From Botryllus schlosseri (Eukaryota), in contig CM119380.1 in assembly GCA_051294905.1 (NCBI GenBank), positions 20,584,001 to 20,648,000 on the forward strand: a stretch of 64,000 nt of DNA. The letters are read 5' to 3'. The notes beneath the pieces are model-generated. The model ran no database searches. It saw only the letters and a list, made by a program, of their open reading frames with translations, and had not been told where the DNA came from. Each line of letters opens with the position of its first letter. Position 1 is the stretch's first letter. A program made the position numbers and the translations under genes. Positions 55,201 through 64,000 of this stretch are shown in pieces.

Positions 55201-58200
55201 GTCTTGAATTGTTGGAGGCTCAAGCGGCTACTGGTACTATCATCGATCCTAGGACCGGCGATCGTATGTCAGTCAGCGACGCTTACAGCAAAGGCTTGGT
55301 AGACAGCACGCAGAAAGACGCACTCGAACGTGCCCAACGTGCAGTCACCGGGTATCGAGACCCGGTCAATGGAAATACATTGTCATTGTTCCAAGTAAGT
55401 TTGATGATCTTCTCGAAGTAGATTAACATATTTTCATTTCATTACTTTTCTGTTGTAGGCGATGAAGAAAGGCTACGTCACGGAATCCCGCGGTATTCGA
55501 CTCTTGGAAGCGCAGATTGCTACTGGCGGACTTATCGATCCGAATGCTGCTCACCGAGTGTCCATCTCGGTCGCTTACAGGAGAGGCATCTTTGACGAAA
55601 AGTTGTATCAAATTCTTGAAGATCCGACCGATGATACAAAGGTCTGTGTGTTCTTTTGGACCCCTAAATTGTATAGCATCGTCTGTAGCTTGTGCATAAT
55701 CAAATCCTATGTTCGATATGCAAGGCAATGCAAAATTACAATAGTTGTGCGCGCTACCAAATAATTGCCATAGGAACCCGTTATATGTGTTCGTGAGGCC
55801 ACTGCATAGAAGTGGATACAAGACTTCGCTTGCATCCTCATTCAAATCCTCTTTTCTTCTTTAGGGATTCTTCGACCCGAACACGCAAGCGAACCTGACC
55901 TACCTCGAACTGATGTCCCGGTGCGAAATCGAGCCGGACAGCGGCATGGTGCTGCTGCTGCTGAAAGACGCCAGGTCCAAGAAGTCCAAGCGTAGCAGCT
56001 CGAGCAAAAAGAAACACCGCACGACGCGCAGAACCAGAAAAGTCATCATCGTCGATCCCGACACTGGCAAGGAGCTCTCAGTACGAGAAGCTCATAAGAA
56101 AGGTATGCAGCAGTTTTTTAACTTTCGCTGGTTAACTTGGACCATCATGTTTTTCGACTATTTCCACTTCTTCTTGATAGTTTCTTTTTAGACTTTGAGC
56201 TTTAGAGAGTAAAAAGTAGCTTTGAGCTATGTCCACATCACCTTTTTAAGTGAAGTTGTGTACCGACTGGGCAGAATAGCATGTATCTGATGAAATTATC
56301 TCTGAAATCTAATCTGGATGCTGGGTTTAGGTCTCATAGACAGCGCCACTGCGAAACAGCTGATGGCACAAGAAGGCGAGTGGCAAGAGACGGAGGAGGC
56401 TGTCGGCCCCTCGAAGCCCTCGTCCAAGACCGTGACAACGCAAGAGATATTTGTTGATGCGCAAGGCAGCAACATGTCAATCGACGCCGCCGTCGATAAG
56501 AGTCTTGTGGACAAGGGCACTGCGGAGAAGTTCAAGACGGTATGATTTGCTCTGGATGCTTACACGATCATTCCTGTAATTTTTGAATTGTATATAACAT
56601 GCTAATTTATGAGGTAGGATGGGCAAAATTAAAATACCTGAATGAGTTGATTCCGTTATGCTCCCATAAAAGAAGAGTATAAATATGTTCATAAGATATT
56701 GTATACCTTGTGCTACACGTTTTGAAATGTATGACTGTATGAAATAAGGTTTAGAAAATGTCGCCTTTCACTATTCGATTCATTATACCTAGCCTTATAA
56801 ATGAGTATATAACATGGCAGATACTATTAATGAATAGGCAGTGAAAACGAATTTCGAAAGTGACAATGTAGCAATGAATGATAGATTCATATTGCCAATT
56901 TCATGCCACTTGAAGCTTTCCGACTGACTCTCATCGGGAACATCCTCTAAATGAGGTTGACCAAATTCGAAATATAGAAAGACTTCTGTCGATGTGCTGT
57001 TATAGTGATGACTACACATAGTCGCGAACTGCAATAACAAACATACAAACTGCAATAACATAACGCTAAGACTGATCCAGTAAAATAGAAACAACTTTTA
57101 CTCCATTGACCTGTCTCATCCTCCTCGGTATCGGCTCACTTCCTTGACTTTATACTCCATTTGTCTCTATATTCCTGGCAAGGTTGCATGATTTTGTAGG
57201 GATAAACGCATATCCAAAGCTGTTTATCTCTGGATTAGCCACTGGTGTGAATAAAATCAATATAGATGGTGAAGCGACTTCATTTAACCCCATTTTGGTG
57301 TGTGTGATTATATTATTTCTCTATCTCTGCAGGGCGAAATATCTGCTGAAGAACTCACAGCCCGCTTGTCCCTTCTGTCATTCGGCAGCCAGGGCCCGAT
57401 CGGGGGCATCTTGGATTTGAAGAAGGGCGAATGCATTACCATCCCCGAAGCTGAAAAAAGACGAATAGTGGACAGCACGACTGCGCAAAGGTTGCTTGAA
57501 GCTCAGGTAAAATACGAAAGCTGTAATATAATCGCTAAATGAGAATCTGATTATTATCTGATTATAACTTATTTAGGCGGCCACTGGTGGCGTGATCAAT
57601 CCTTTGGATACGGAACGATTGAGCGTTGCTGACGCAGTGTCAAAGGGCGTGATTGACCGACGTATGGGTCAAAAGTTGGAGAAAGCCGAAATGGCTTTCA
57701 AAGGCTATGAAGATCGGCGTTCGAAACAGCTTGTGTCTCTAGGCGAGGCTATAAAGAAAGGGCTGTGCTATTACGACGCTGGGATGAAGTTATTGGAATA
57801 CCAATACGTGACAGGTGACATTTTCAATTCGATTATCAAGCTGTAAAAATAGGTCTGGAATGCGATCTGCAAATAAATGGGTATGAAGCGGTGCTTTGAA
57901 CCGGTCAAAACTTGACACTATGCTTTTAATAGCATTAAAGGGACACTGCACTCTAAAAATGATGTGGTCTCCAATTAAAGGGTAATAGGAAGAAAAAAGA
58001 ATGGCCGCAGCCGTTTGCTTCAGAACGCCACCGTAATAGAGCTGCAATGTATTGAAATTTCCACAAACACATGCTCCAGAAGTCACGCAGAGATCGAACT
58101 TTATATAGTTGTCAGCCGATGTTATGAAGGAAATATGTCGTACACGACAGAAATAGAATACACTAGGCCCGATTTTGACATAATCTCCTGTCTGAACGTG

Positions 58201-60090
58201 AACATCTTCCTTTGAACGCGGTATCTAAACCACCTTGGCGTGTACGACATATTTCCTCCATGACATCGGCTGACAACTATATAAAGTTTCGATCTCTGCG
58301 TGACTGCTGGAGCGTGATGTGTTGGTGGAAATTTCAATACATTGCAGCTCCATTACGGTAGCATTCTGAAGCAAACAGCTACTTCCAATATTTTTTTTTT
58401 CATTTTACCCTTCAATTTCAGACCACATCACTTTTAGAGTGCAGTGCCCCTTTAAAGTATCATTTTTGTGTAGCTTATGATGAAAGTATGGCCACTATGC
58501 TCATTTCTTAACCTGCAAACTCAGTGAATTTCTGAATAACAGAAGCATGTTTTACGAGGGTATTGATTTTTCTCAATTTTGAGGTGATTAGTACTCATAA
58601 ATGACATTCAATACCAGTTCAAGTATTGATATGAAACTCTGCTTCAGTACCAGCAAGGATTGTGATTTTCAAAGCAGAAGTAGACTGATAGCCTTGTCTC
58701 AAAGGTGATGATGTTTTTTAGTAACTCTGCGGCTGTTTCATTAGACTGACATTACACCGTAATTGTGATATCAAGTCAAGTTTAACCCCAAACATAAGCA
58801 TAGCTAGGATGATAAATTTGGGTGGGCAGATGAAAATTTGGGCAAATATCATTAGTCCACATGGAAATTCTCCTCAGCGAGTGCAAACTTTGCATATTGC
58901 AACCAGCAATCAAGAATTTCTCACATTATTGCTGCATATTTGCAGGGGGCATTGTCGATTACCGCACCGGTTCGCGTATCACCATCGACGAGGCCTTGGA
59001 GCGGCAATGGATCGACCGTAGGCAAGCCGATAAACTCGCTGATTTGAGACGATACGCTCGTTCCATAGTCGATCTGCGGACCAACATGTTGGTAAGTGCA
59101 ACAATTCGATTCCTTTTTTAAATTAATTTGAAGCCTGCGAAATTTTCAATGTTATTTTTCTTGATTTTCAGTTGACTTATCCGGAAGCACTCGAGAAATC
59201 CACTCTCGACTCCAAGACCGGTTTGAAGGTTATGGAAGCTTTGCCGAGAGCCGAGAGGAGTGCGCGGGTAGCAGGCGGCTTGACCATACACGCCGGCTCC
59301 TTGCATTCCTCCTTGTCGAGCTCGCTTGCCAGTTCGAGGGGTAAGAGGAACCTTATGTAACCCGTAAGGATACAAGCGTGTCCATACAGTTCCCTCCCAG
59401 TTTGTCCTTTTGTGCTGTTGGAAAGAAATCTGTTTTCAGCAATTAACTTTGCTTAAAATCCTACCACCGGTATACAGTCTGCAGTCTTATAAGCCGTAAT
59501 TCTGTTGATTTGGGGATATGTAATCTGCATTTGTGATGCGTTGGATTGCTAGTCATTTTATGCACCTCACACCTTCATCCTATACCCTCTCCAGAATCTG
59601 GAATAATTACTTGTTTATATATAATATATCTAAATATAAGATTGCATTATAAGACTGCGATATTTTTTTGTGATAGAGGAGCCTCTTGAAGGTATATAAC
59701 GTCAATTTACAATTGAATAATGTATTCATGTTAAAATAACGTAAATAATGGAAAATGTGAAAAATCCTCCATGTTTATATAGACAATTTTGTATTTTATG
59801 GTAAATAACGGTCATCGAGCTTCGATAACCGTGGCAGTGAGTCAGCTTCTGCTAATGTGCCGGATTAGTATTCATTTATTTTTATTGTATTTATTTGGAT
59901 CGGAAAATATACTCTTTCGTTTATACACCTCATGCATTATTACTCCAGTCTCCGTAGTAGTCGGCCGTATTTTTGTATAGAAATGGAACAAGTGTCTTCC
60001 CTTGTTGCAGCTGAAAGCCCGATTGGCACCCCAAAAAGACGAGGTAGCTTCGACGACGACACTGGGTCTCTCACATCACCGAGAAGATAA
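12203..60090 (+). CDS. PLEC: Plectin-like plakin, 68-exon isoform starting at the S10 exon (~4081 aa); co-orthologue of plectin/dystonin/MACF1
   Basis: All exons traced by eye with GT-AG boundaries and matching phases; summed CDS is 12,246 nt and divisible by 3. Domain order: S10, CH1-CH2, plakin domain/SH3, spectrin repeats, 5 plakin-repeat domains, RRGSFD tail. Symbol denotes closest architecture, not proven 1:1 orthology. Confidence 0.9.
14436..18174 (+). CDS. PLEC: Actin-binding domain (CH1+CH2) exons: 14436-14497, 14648-14737, 16598-16675, 17189-17281, 17363-17523, 17679-17794, 18068-18174
   Basis: [16 protein letters not shown]; [20 protein letters not shown]; [22 protein letters not shown]; [19 protein letters not shown]; [13 protein letters not shown]; [23 protein letters not shown]. 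All have canonical splice sites. Confidence 0.97.
15971..16100 (-). repeat. Degenerate copy of the Penelope/hammerhead tail
   Basis: cttcttggagg..ggggtaatcgtcagcaactag; core mutated to CTGGCGA. Confidence 0.75.
19101..26783 (+). CDS. PLEC: Plakin-domain N-terminal spectrin repeats and SH3 exons: 19101-19456, 19991-20084, 20609-20757, 21183-21354, 21427-21555, 22326-22409, 22472-22633, 23190-23390, 23997-24125, 25081-25230, 25698-25979, 26603-26783
   Basis: Helical spectrin-repeat sequence; SH3 signature [11 protein letters not shown]|[26 protein letters not shown]; phases are consistent. Confidence 0.9.
21577..21960 (-). repeat. Two tandem copies of the Penelope/hammerhead tail (21577-~21720; 21791-~21960)
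   Basis: tcgtcaggggtaatcgtcagcaact motif occurs twice; the first copy stops at about the predicted cleavage site and the second has a mutated core (CTGACCA..GAAG). Confidence 0.75.
24377..24388 (+). CDS. Candidate 12-nt microexon (REIT) in a phase-0 intron of the plakin domain
   Basis: ctgac branch-like motif, pyrimidine tract, catcag|AGAGAAATCACG|gtaagt; frame-preserving. Confidence 0.45.
25267..25407. repeat. ~71-bp direct tandem duplication
   Basis: gatt(t/c)gtacaattgcggtattt(a/g)gttgtattaaggttaagcaagcgttttcatattttgtgtcgaatt occurs twice. Confidence 0.85.
26030..26578. repeat. AGTA/AGTAG-rich dispersed repeat family (probable non-autonomous DNA transposon); other copies near 20120, 35730, 36470, 40260, 41010, 49270, 50330, 52380
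   Basis: Recurrent agtagaagta / tactcaagta / gtggtca motifs in both orientations; boundaries approximate. Confidence 0.55.
26821..26872. repeat. Minisatellite (ttattgcgttgtg)~4
   Basis: Direct reading of the short intron. Confidence 0.75.
26882..30893 (+). CDS. SR7-SR8 cassette copy 1: 26882-27036, 28538-28719, 28834-28972, 30132-30343, 30853-30893
   Basis: [15 protein letters not shown] resembles plectin GAQEESRCQRCISEL; exon sizes 155/182/139/212+41. Confidence 0.88.
27505..28480. mobile_element. hAT-like MITE with subterminal GACTT/GACTC pentamer arrays
   Basis: TIRs cagtgttggga / tcccaacactg; perfect 8-bp TSD CTCTATGC at 27497-27504 and 28481-28488; related end near 63415. Confidence 0.88.
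30952..33323 (+). CDS. SR7-SR8 cassette copy 2: 30952-31106, 31167-31351, 31413-31551, 33086-33323
   Basis: Exon sizes 155/185/139/238 with the same phases; [15 protein letters not shown]|ITGL motif. Confidence 0.88.
31742..31785 (-). ncRNA. Minimal hammerhead motif, mirror copy in the left arm of the palindrome
   Basis: Exact reverse complement of 32288-32331. Confidence 0.7.
32288..32331 (+). ncRNA. Minimal type-I hammerhead ribozyme motif (sense to host gene)
   Basis: ACCC-CTGACGA-G[TGTCAGC]C-GAAA-ATAT-TC-GGGT: stem I ACCC/GGGT, palindromic loop III, predicted cut after 32327; upstream GCTGAC is complementary to loop II GTCAGC. Confidence 0.7.
33978..35698 (+). CDS. SR7-SR8 cassette copy 3: 33978-34132, 34200-34381, 34435-34576, 35464-35698
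   Basis: Exon sizes 155/182/142/235; [15 protein letters not shown]|IKVL motif. Confidence 0.88.
34826..35026 (-). pseudogene. hAT transposase C-terminal dimerisation-domain remnant
   Basis: [37 protein letters not shown] fits the hATC P.T...VER.FS motif. Confidence 0.65.
36215..38219 (+). CDS. SR7-SR8 cassette copy 4: 36215-36369, 37027-37211, 37281-37422, 38006-38219
   Basis: Exon sizes 155/185/142/214; [15 protein letters not shown]|VKRV motif. Confidence 0.88.
38286..39738 (+). CDS. SR7-SR8 cassette copy 5: 38286-38440, 39099-39280, 39345-39483, 39545-39738
   Basis: Exon sizes 155/182/139/194; [15 protein letters not shown]|LDAL motif. Confidence 0.88.
39798..41353 (+). CDS. PLEC: End of plakin domain (SR9): 39798-39963, 40466-40651, 41255-41353; last exon ends in phase 0 (YDKAKDRE)
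   Basis: [19 protein letters not shown] and [26 protein letters not shown] correspond to the pre-rod exons of plectin/dystonin. Confidence 0.85.
44926..45051 (+). CDS. Candidate internal alternative first exon: [42 protein letters not shown]
   Basis: gatATGG, first ATG after the in-frame TGA at 44905; 42 codons ending TTG|gtaaat in phase 0, compatible with the acceptor at 45220. Confidence 0.5.
45220..48256 (+). CDS. PLEC: Plakin-repeat domain 1: 45220-45438, 45822-45952, 46177-46410, 47166-47331, 48102-48256
   Basis: [18 protein letters not shown]; [22 protein letters not shown]; [21 protein letters not shown]. Confidence 0.93.
46490..46813. mobile_element. Possible small hAT-like insertion
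   Basis: cagggt..accctg ends; flanks atatgaac / atatggac (7 of 8 match). Confidence 0.4.
48840..51175 (+). CDS. PLEC: Plakin-repeat domain 2 and basic spacer: 48840-49024, 49083-49232, 49763-49962, 50028-50167, 50885-51017, 51075-51175
   Basis: [16 protein letters not shown]; [14 protein letters not shown]; [24 protein letters not shown]. Confidence 0.93.
51858..54095 (+). CDS. PLEC: Plakin-repeat domain 3: 51858-52119, 52850-52977, 53688-54095
   Basis: [17 protein letters not shown]; [21 protein letters not shown]; [16 protein letters not shown]. Confidence 0.93.
54857..56539 (+). CDS. PLEC: Plakin-repeat domain 4 plus IF-binding linker: 54857-55074, 55201-55394, 55459-55641, 55865-56102, 56331-56539
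   Basis: Linker [30 protein letters not shown] resembles plectin KRRVVIVDPETGKEMSVYEAYRKGLID. Confidence 0.93.
57333..60090 (+). CDS. PLEC: C-type plakin-repeat domain and tail: 57333-57506, 57577-57814, 58946-59091, 59172-59340, 60011-60090 (stop)
   Basis: GPIGGILD; [14 protein letters not shown]; [14 protein letters not shown]; terminal [26 protein letters not shown] carries the plectin/desmoplakin RRGSFD motif. Confidence 0.9.
57939..58451. mobile_element. TTAA-flanked foldback MITE (Kolobok/ANGEL-like) with ~210-bp imperfect arms
   Basis: ttaa|agggacactgcactctaaaa ... ttttagagtgcagtgcccct|ttaa with long internal complementarity. Confidence 0.8.
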
Positions 60091-61607
60091 AATCTGAATT
60101 TGCTCTGACGCCGATAAAGATTCGTCGTCTTATGTACATATGTGATTGTATGCGCCACTTTTGTTACATGAGAATGGTGCAACTGTGTTTTGCGACTGCC
60201 TTTTTACCACGACTGTTGCACAATCACTTTTTTCCTTGTTTTAAACAATTTTGAACGTTGTTGTCGAAGGAGAAAGTTCCAACCCTGTAGAGTAGAGTAA
60301 GACGATACTAACACAATGTACAATAATTTAGCTGGTTTTTTGGGGGCTGTGTACAGGGGAAATGTGTCAAAGATTGTAAATGGCTGTCCACAAAGTGCCT
60401 TAAGTATTTGCTATTGATTAGCGCACATATTCTAAAACTAATGCCTTCTACAACTCATATCTGTAGCTGTGTACCTTGGAGTTTAAGTAGTACATATATG
60501 TATACACGGTACATTTTCATTTTACGTGAAAATCACGGTCAGTGGGGTGTAGAATCTTGTCAATACGTATACAATATTCGGTGTGCAGAATTACCTGTAT
60601 AATGAAAATTTTGACGACTAATTTCCTAAAATATCCACCTGTATATAAATTGTAACTAGTTAAAATCAATGCAATTGAGAGCCATATCCGAGATGCATTA
60701 TTGCGTCTACTCTCACTTATAGTGAAATGTACACTGGTGATAGATCGTTTTACACAATACCATGAGTACCTTTGAAATATAATCATTATAGGTACTGTAA
60801 AGTTACACAAACTTGATAATATAGATGTGCGAAATATGGTACAAAAATTCGCTAATCGACTAGTTGCAAGAATCATTTGTTAATAGGTGTGATTCAGTAT
60901 TAATCTCAAGCGATAGTAGCGTACTTAATGTGTGTAGTCTGTGAGTAAATACACTGTAGAAGCAACAGTATTTGTATCAAATCAATCCAGTAGTGACCAT
61001 CAAACGATATCATTAATTTGAATTAAAAAAATAACTATGTCAAATGATTGACTGTATTATTTTAATTTTGAAACGAAATCGGGATTGTGATATCCTTGAA
61101 TTTCAGCCTGATGAAATTATAATCCAGCCTTATTTGTGTATTGCAATTGTAGATACCATCCGTCAATAGCTTGGTGGTTGTCCAAGCTACCTTCTCTATC
61201 ATCTGCACTTTTTAATTCTGTATAATTCATACATGGGTTTGGTACTGTATGTACTAAACTTGAAATGTGGAAAACTTGTACAAAGTACTAATCAATTTTC
61301 ATAATGGAATCCAGTGCCTTTGGAACAACAATGGTTTTTGAACAGGGTAATTGAGCTTCCTGATTAATCCAAGTTGTTGAATTTTAGAGCTAACAAGATA
61401 AGCTCACAATTGTAGACAAATTTTTGAATCAAATTCTGATTCTTTTTAGATTATGGTGTTTAAATTGCTGTAGCCTACATTGAAAGAAATGAATTTTCTC
61501 TTTCTGGTTATTATTTTGCTGTAATTTTGTTTCGTTTAGTTGACTGTCAACGCTCTCTTAGTATATGGTGAATGTGAAATACAATTTTCTCTATATGTTG
61601 GTTTTGA

Positions 61608-61668
61608 AATAAAAACGAAAGTGGCCTTATTTTTTTTCCAGCTGCGATAGTTCTTGTAATGGAATAAA
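61608..61668 (+). promoter_or_regulatory. Candidate poly(A) signals of the plectin-type 3'UTR (AATAAA at 61608 and 61663; ATTAAA at 61022)
   Basis: Hexamers lie downstream of the 60090 stop and ~200 nt upstream of the 61860 acceptor; usage unverified. Confidence 0.3.
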
Positions 61669-61859
61669 TGAAAATCGTATACATGTCGAGTGAACGGGTA
61701 GGTTTTGGTGTTGTGGTGACGTACTTTGTGTTTTGGGTGATGCTGTCTGTGTTATCGGGTCCAGCGTTTAGTCTGTCGTGAAAAGGCAATGCATCAAGGC
61801 TGTGAAGGCAAATGTTGTTTTTCAATTTTGATTGTGAATGTATTTTCATGATTGCTTAG

Positions 61860-62092
61860 GACAAATATGCGGCCCTCCAAGGGCAGCTGGATGCTGACAC
61901 AGAAGCATTGTGTCTCCACGAAGAAGCGCTGGAAGCTGTTGCCGGGCCCGATGATTTTCTGAATGACATCCCAACTCTGAAGAAATTGGTCGATGAGCAA
62001 AGGTCGCTCGTAAGTGACATTGCAGAATCGACTCCCCGCATCGAAAAGACGTGCAACGATGTAGATCAGTTTCTGGATGCTACTAACGACAG
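61860..62092 (+). CDS. Spectrin-repeat exon downstream of the plectin stop codon (spectraplakin-type branch; continues beyond window)
   Basis: ttag|GAC...AG|gtaagg, phase 0 to 2; DKYAALQGQLDADTEALCLHEEALEAVAGPDDFLNDIPTLKKLVDEQRSLVSDIAESTPRIEKTCNDVDQFLDATNDR shows a spectrin-like heptad pattern. Confidence 0.75.
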
Positions 62093-62671
62093 GTAAGGAG
62101 CGTGGAGCACTGGTGTTGGGGGGACTTATCCTTTGAAAAGTAGTAGCGAAAACTTGTGCCATGCGTCTCCATGACAATGAAGTAATATAGGCGCATACGT
62201 ATTGAGACTAAATATATCAATCAGCATAGATTCAAGTCATATATAAAGCAGGCATGTCAAACATATGGCCCGGATCAGTATTGACTATGTGCAAACCACA
62301 AGTCGCTACCGAATGTCTATCTAAGCTCTAAATGAAAATACACCAAATCCCTAATATTTCATGACTCTGTATAGAGCAGCAATTGATACAGATGCTCCCA
62401 TGCTAATTACTAACAGGTCAGCGATAATCTTACCTCTTCAATGCAATCATCATTAATGGCAAGCTTTTCATGTCACACCAGCACTGGGATTTCCAAAATC
62501 ATAACGAGACTCATAAAGGAGAAATATGCTATGACGTGCAATGATAATGCAAGATTGGGGGAAAATGTGGAATAGTCTGTGCTCACAAATTGAATAATCT
62601 GGTTTCACATTAAGAGACATCGTATATAGTTGATATTCGAAAGAGCCTATATTTTTCATTTCTATGCATAA

Positions 62672-62815
62672 GAGCTTCTTGGAGGTACAGAACTTCAATA
62701 TACAATTAAATAGTATATTCATATTGAAATGAACCCGAATATTTTCGGCTGACACTCGTCAGGGGTAATCGTCAGCAACTAGTAGAGAATTGGAAAGAAC
62801 ATTGTATATCAACAA
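62672..62815 (-). mobile_element. Short Penelope-like 3' fragment with intact hammerhead motif (62733-62776)
   Basis: Appears identical to 31681-31826; TSD tctatgcataa on both sides. Confidence 0.8.
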
Positions 62816-63060
62816 TCTATGCATAAAGAGACGTACAATGATATATATCAACTGTTTCGTTACAATTGAAGATTTTTGGAATCATTGCGACACAAAATCA
62901 AAGTTCGCTACATGGTATTCGTCATAAGCATCATCTTTTCTGTAAAAAGTGATGTGATGTTATTACACGGATACCATACTTGCCCTATAATGGGAAAAAC
63001 TACTGTATTGGACTGAGAGACACTTTGGAGTTCAGAACCTCATAATAAATTCATGTTTAT

Positions 63061-63104
63061 TCCCAAAGCTTTTCGACTGACATTCATCAGGGGATACCGT
63101 CAGC
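63061..63104 (-). ncRNA. Divergent hammerhead motif of a related subfamily
   Basis: TCCC-CTGATGA-A[TGTCAGT]C-GAAA-AGCT-TT-GGGA: compensatory stem I change and a different palindromic loop III; position 10.1 is non-canonical. Confidence 0.6.
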
Positions 63105-64000
63105 AATAATGCGACTGACAAATGAGCAATTTTGGGCGGATAATATTTTACAAAAATGTTAGGATTTTGAAAACTGGGGTTCCGGGTCACTAATCCCTCA
63201 AGATACACCACTATAAAACCACACAAAACCCAACTACGTAACGGAGACCTATACTACGGGTGTTGTGATGCGAAATTGCATGTATAACATATGTAACACA
63301 TTTGACCAGCATGATTAGGGACTCAGCCTTTGGGTTACTAAAACACCTAAGAATAGGGAGAACCTGGCGAACAATCATTCAGGAATCGAAATTTATATTT
63401 CTCGATATCAGAACTAGTGTTGGGAATGAGTCACTACCTTTGGGTCACCTTGGGGTAACTCGAATCGAGTCATGATTCAAGTCTATGCATTCGTGTGATG
63501 CATGAAGTACGGATCGTGTAGCTATTTTCCGAAGTCAAGTTACGAATATAAGGTAACTATGCATTTAGAAGGGCACTGTATCACTCACACGTGTGTTACA
63601 GCTAAATAAGACACAGGTAGTGTTAGTGTACTGCCTCAGCTCATACTTATCAGACAAAATAGAGGATAGAATTACTAAATCACAGAAATGGCAATGATGC
63701 AATACGAAACCCATCTGCACCTCCATAATATACAATTCAAGCCTGCACCAAATGTTAGAAAGTAATATAAACTAAAACTGCTGTATGTCTTAAAGTGTAA
63801 GCTATATCTGTTCGATTTAAATCATACAAACTTTTCGTTAAGGTGAGCGGTCTATAGAACAGAAACACGTTGCTACATATTATAGAAAATAGTTTGATTA
63901 CTACTAGGAAGACAAAAGCTGTATGGTTTGTGATCAATTGATTTGTGACTTAGCAATGGAGGCCCAGGAAAACCACTCTGGGCAATCGTTGAATGACTAA

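Overview
Eukaryotic (metazoan; probably an invertebrate chordate such as a tunicate, by inference) AT-rich genomic DNA. Nearly the whole window is one + strand plakin gene. By hand I traced 67 shared coding exons (14436-60090) plus several alternative first exons; the isoform starting at 12203 sums to 12,246 nt (4,081 aa + stop) with consistent intron phases. The plectin-like product has an RPS10-derived first exon, two CH domains, a plakin domain with SH3, five plakin-repeat domains, the IF-binding linker and an RRGSFD tail. It has no coiled-coil rod exon; instead a four-exon SR7-SR8 cassette is repeated five times. A phase-0 spectrin-repeat exon lies downstream of the plectin stop codon, which suggests a single locus making both plectin-type and spectraplakin-type isoforms. 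A candidate internal first exon (poly-Cys plus polybasic) could yield a membrane-anchored, epiplakin-like isoform made only of plakin-repeat domains. The introns carry a P element nested in a hAT element, several MITEs, and a Penelope-like family bearing minimal hammerhead ribozyme motifs, including a perfect 650-bp palindrome.
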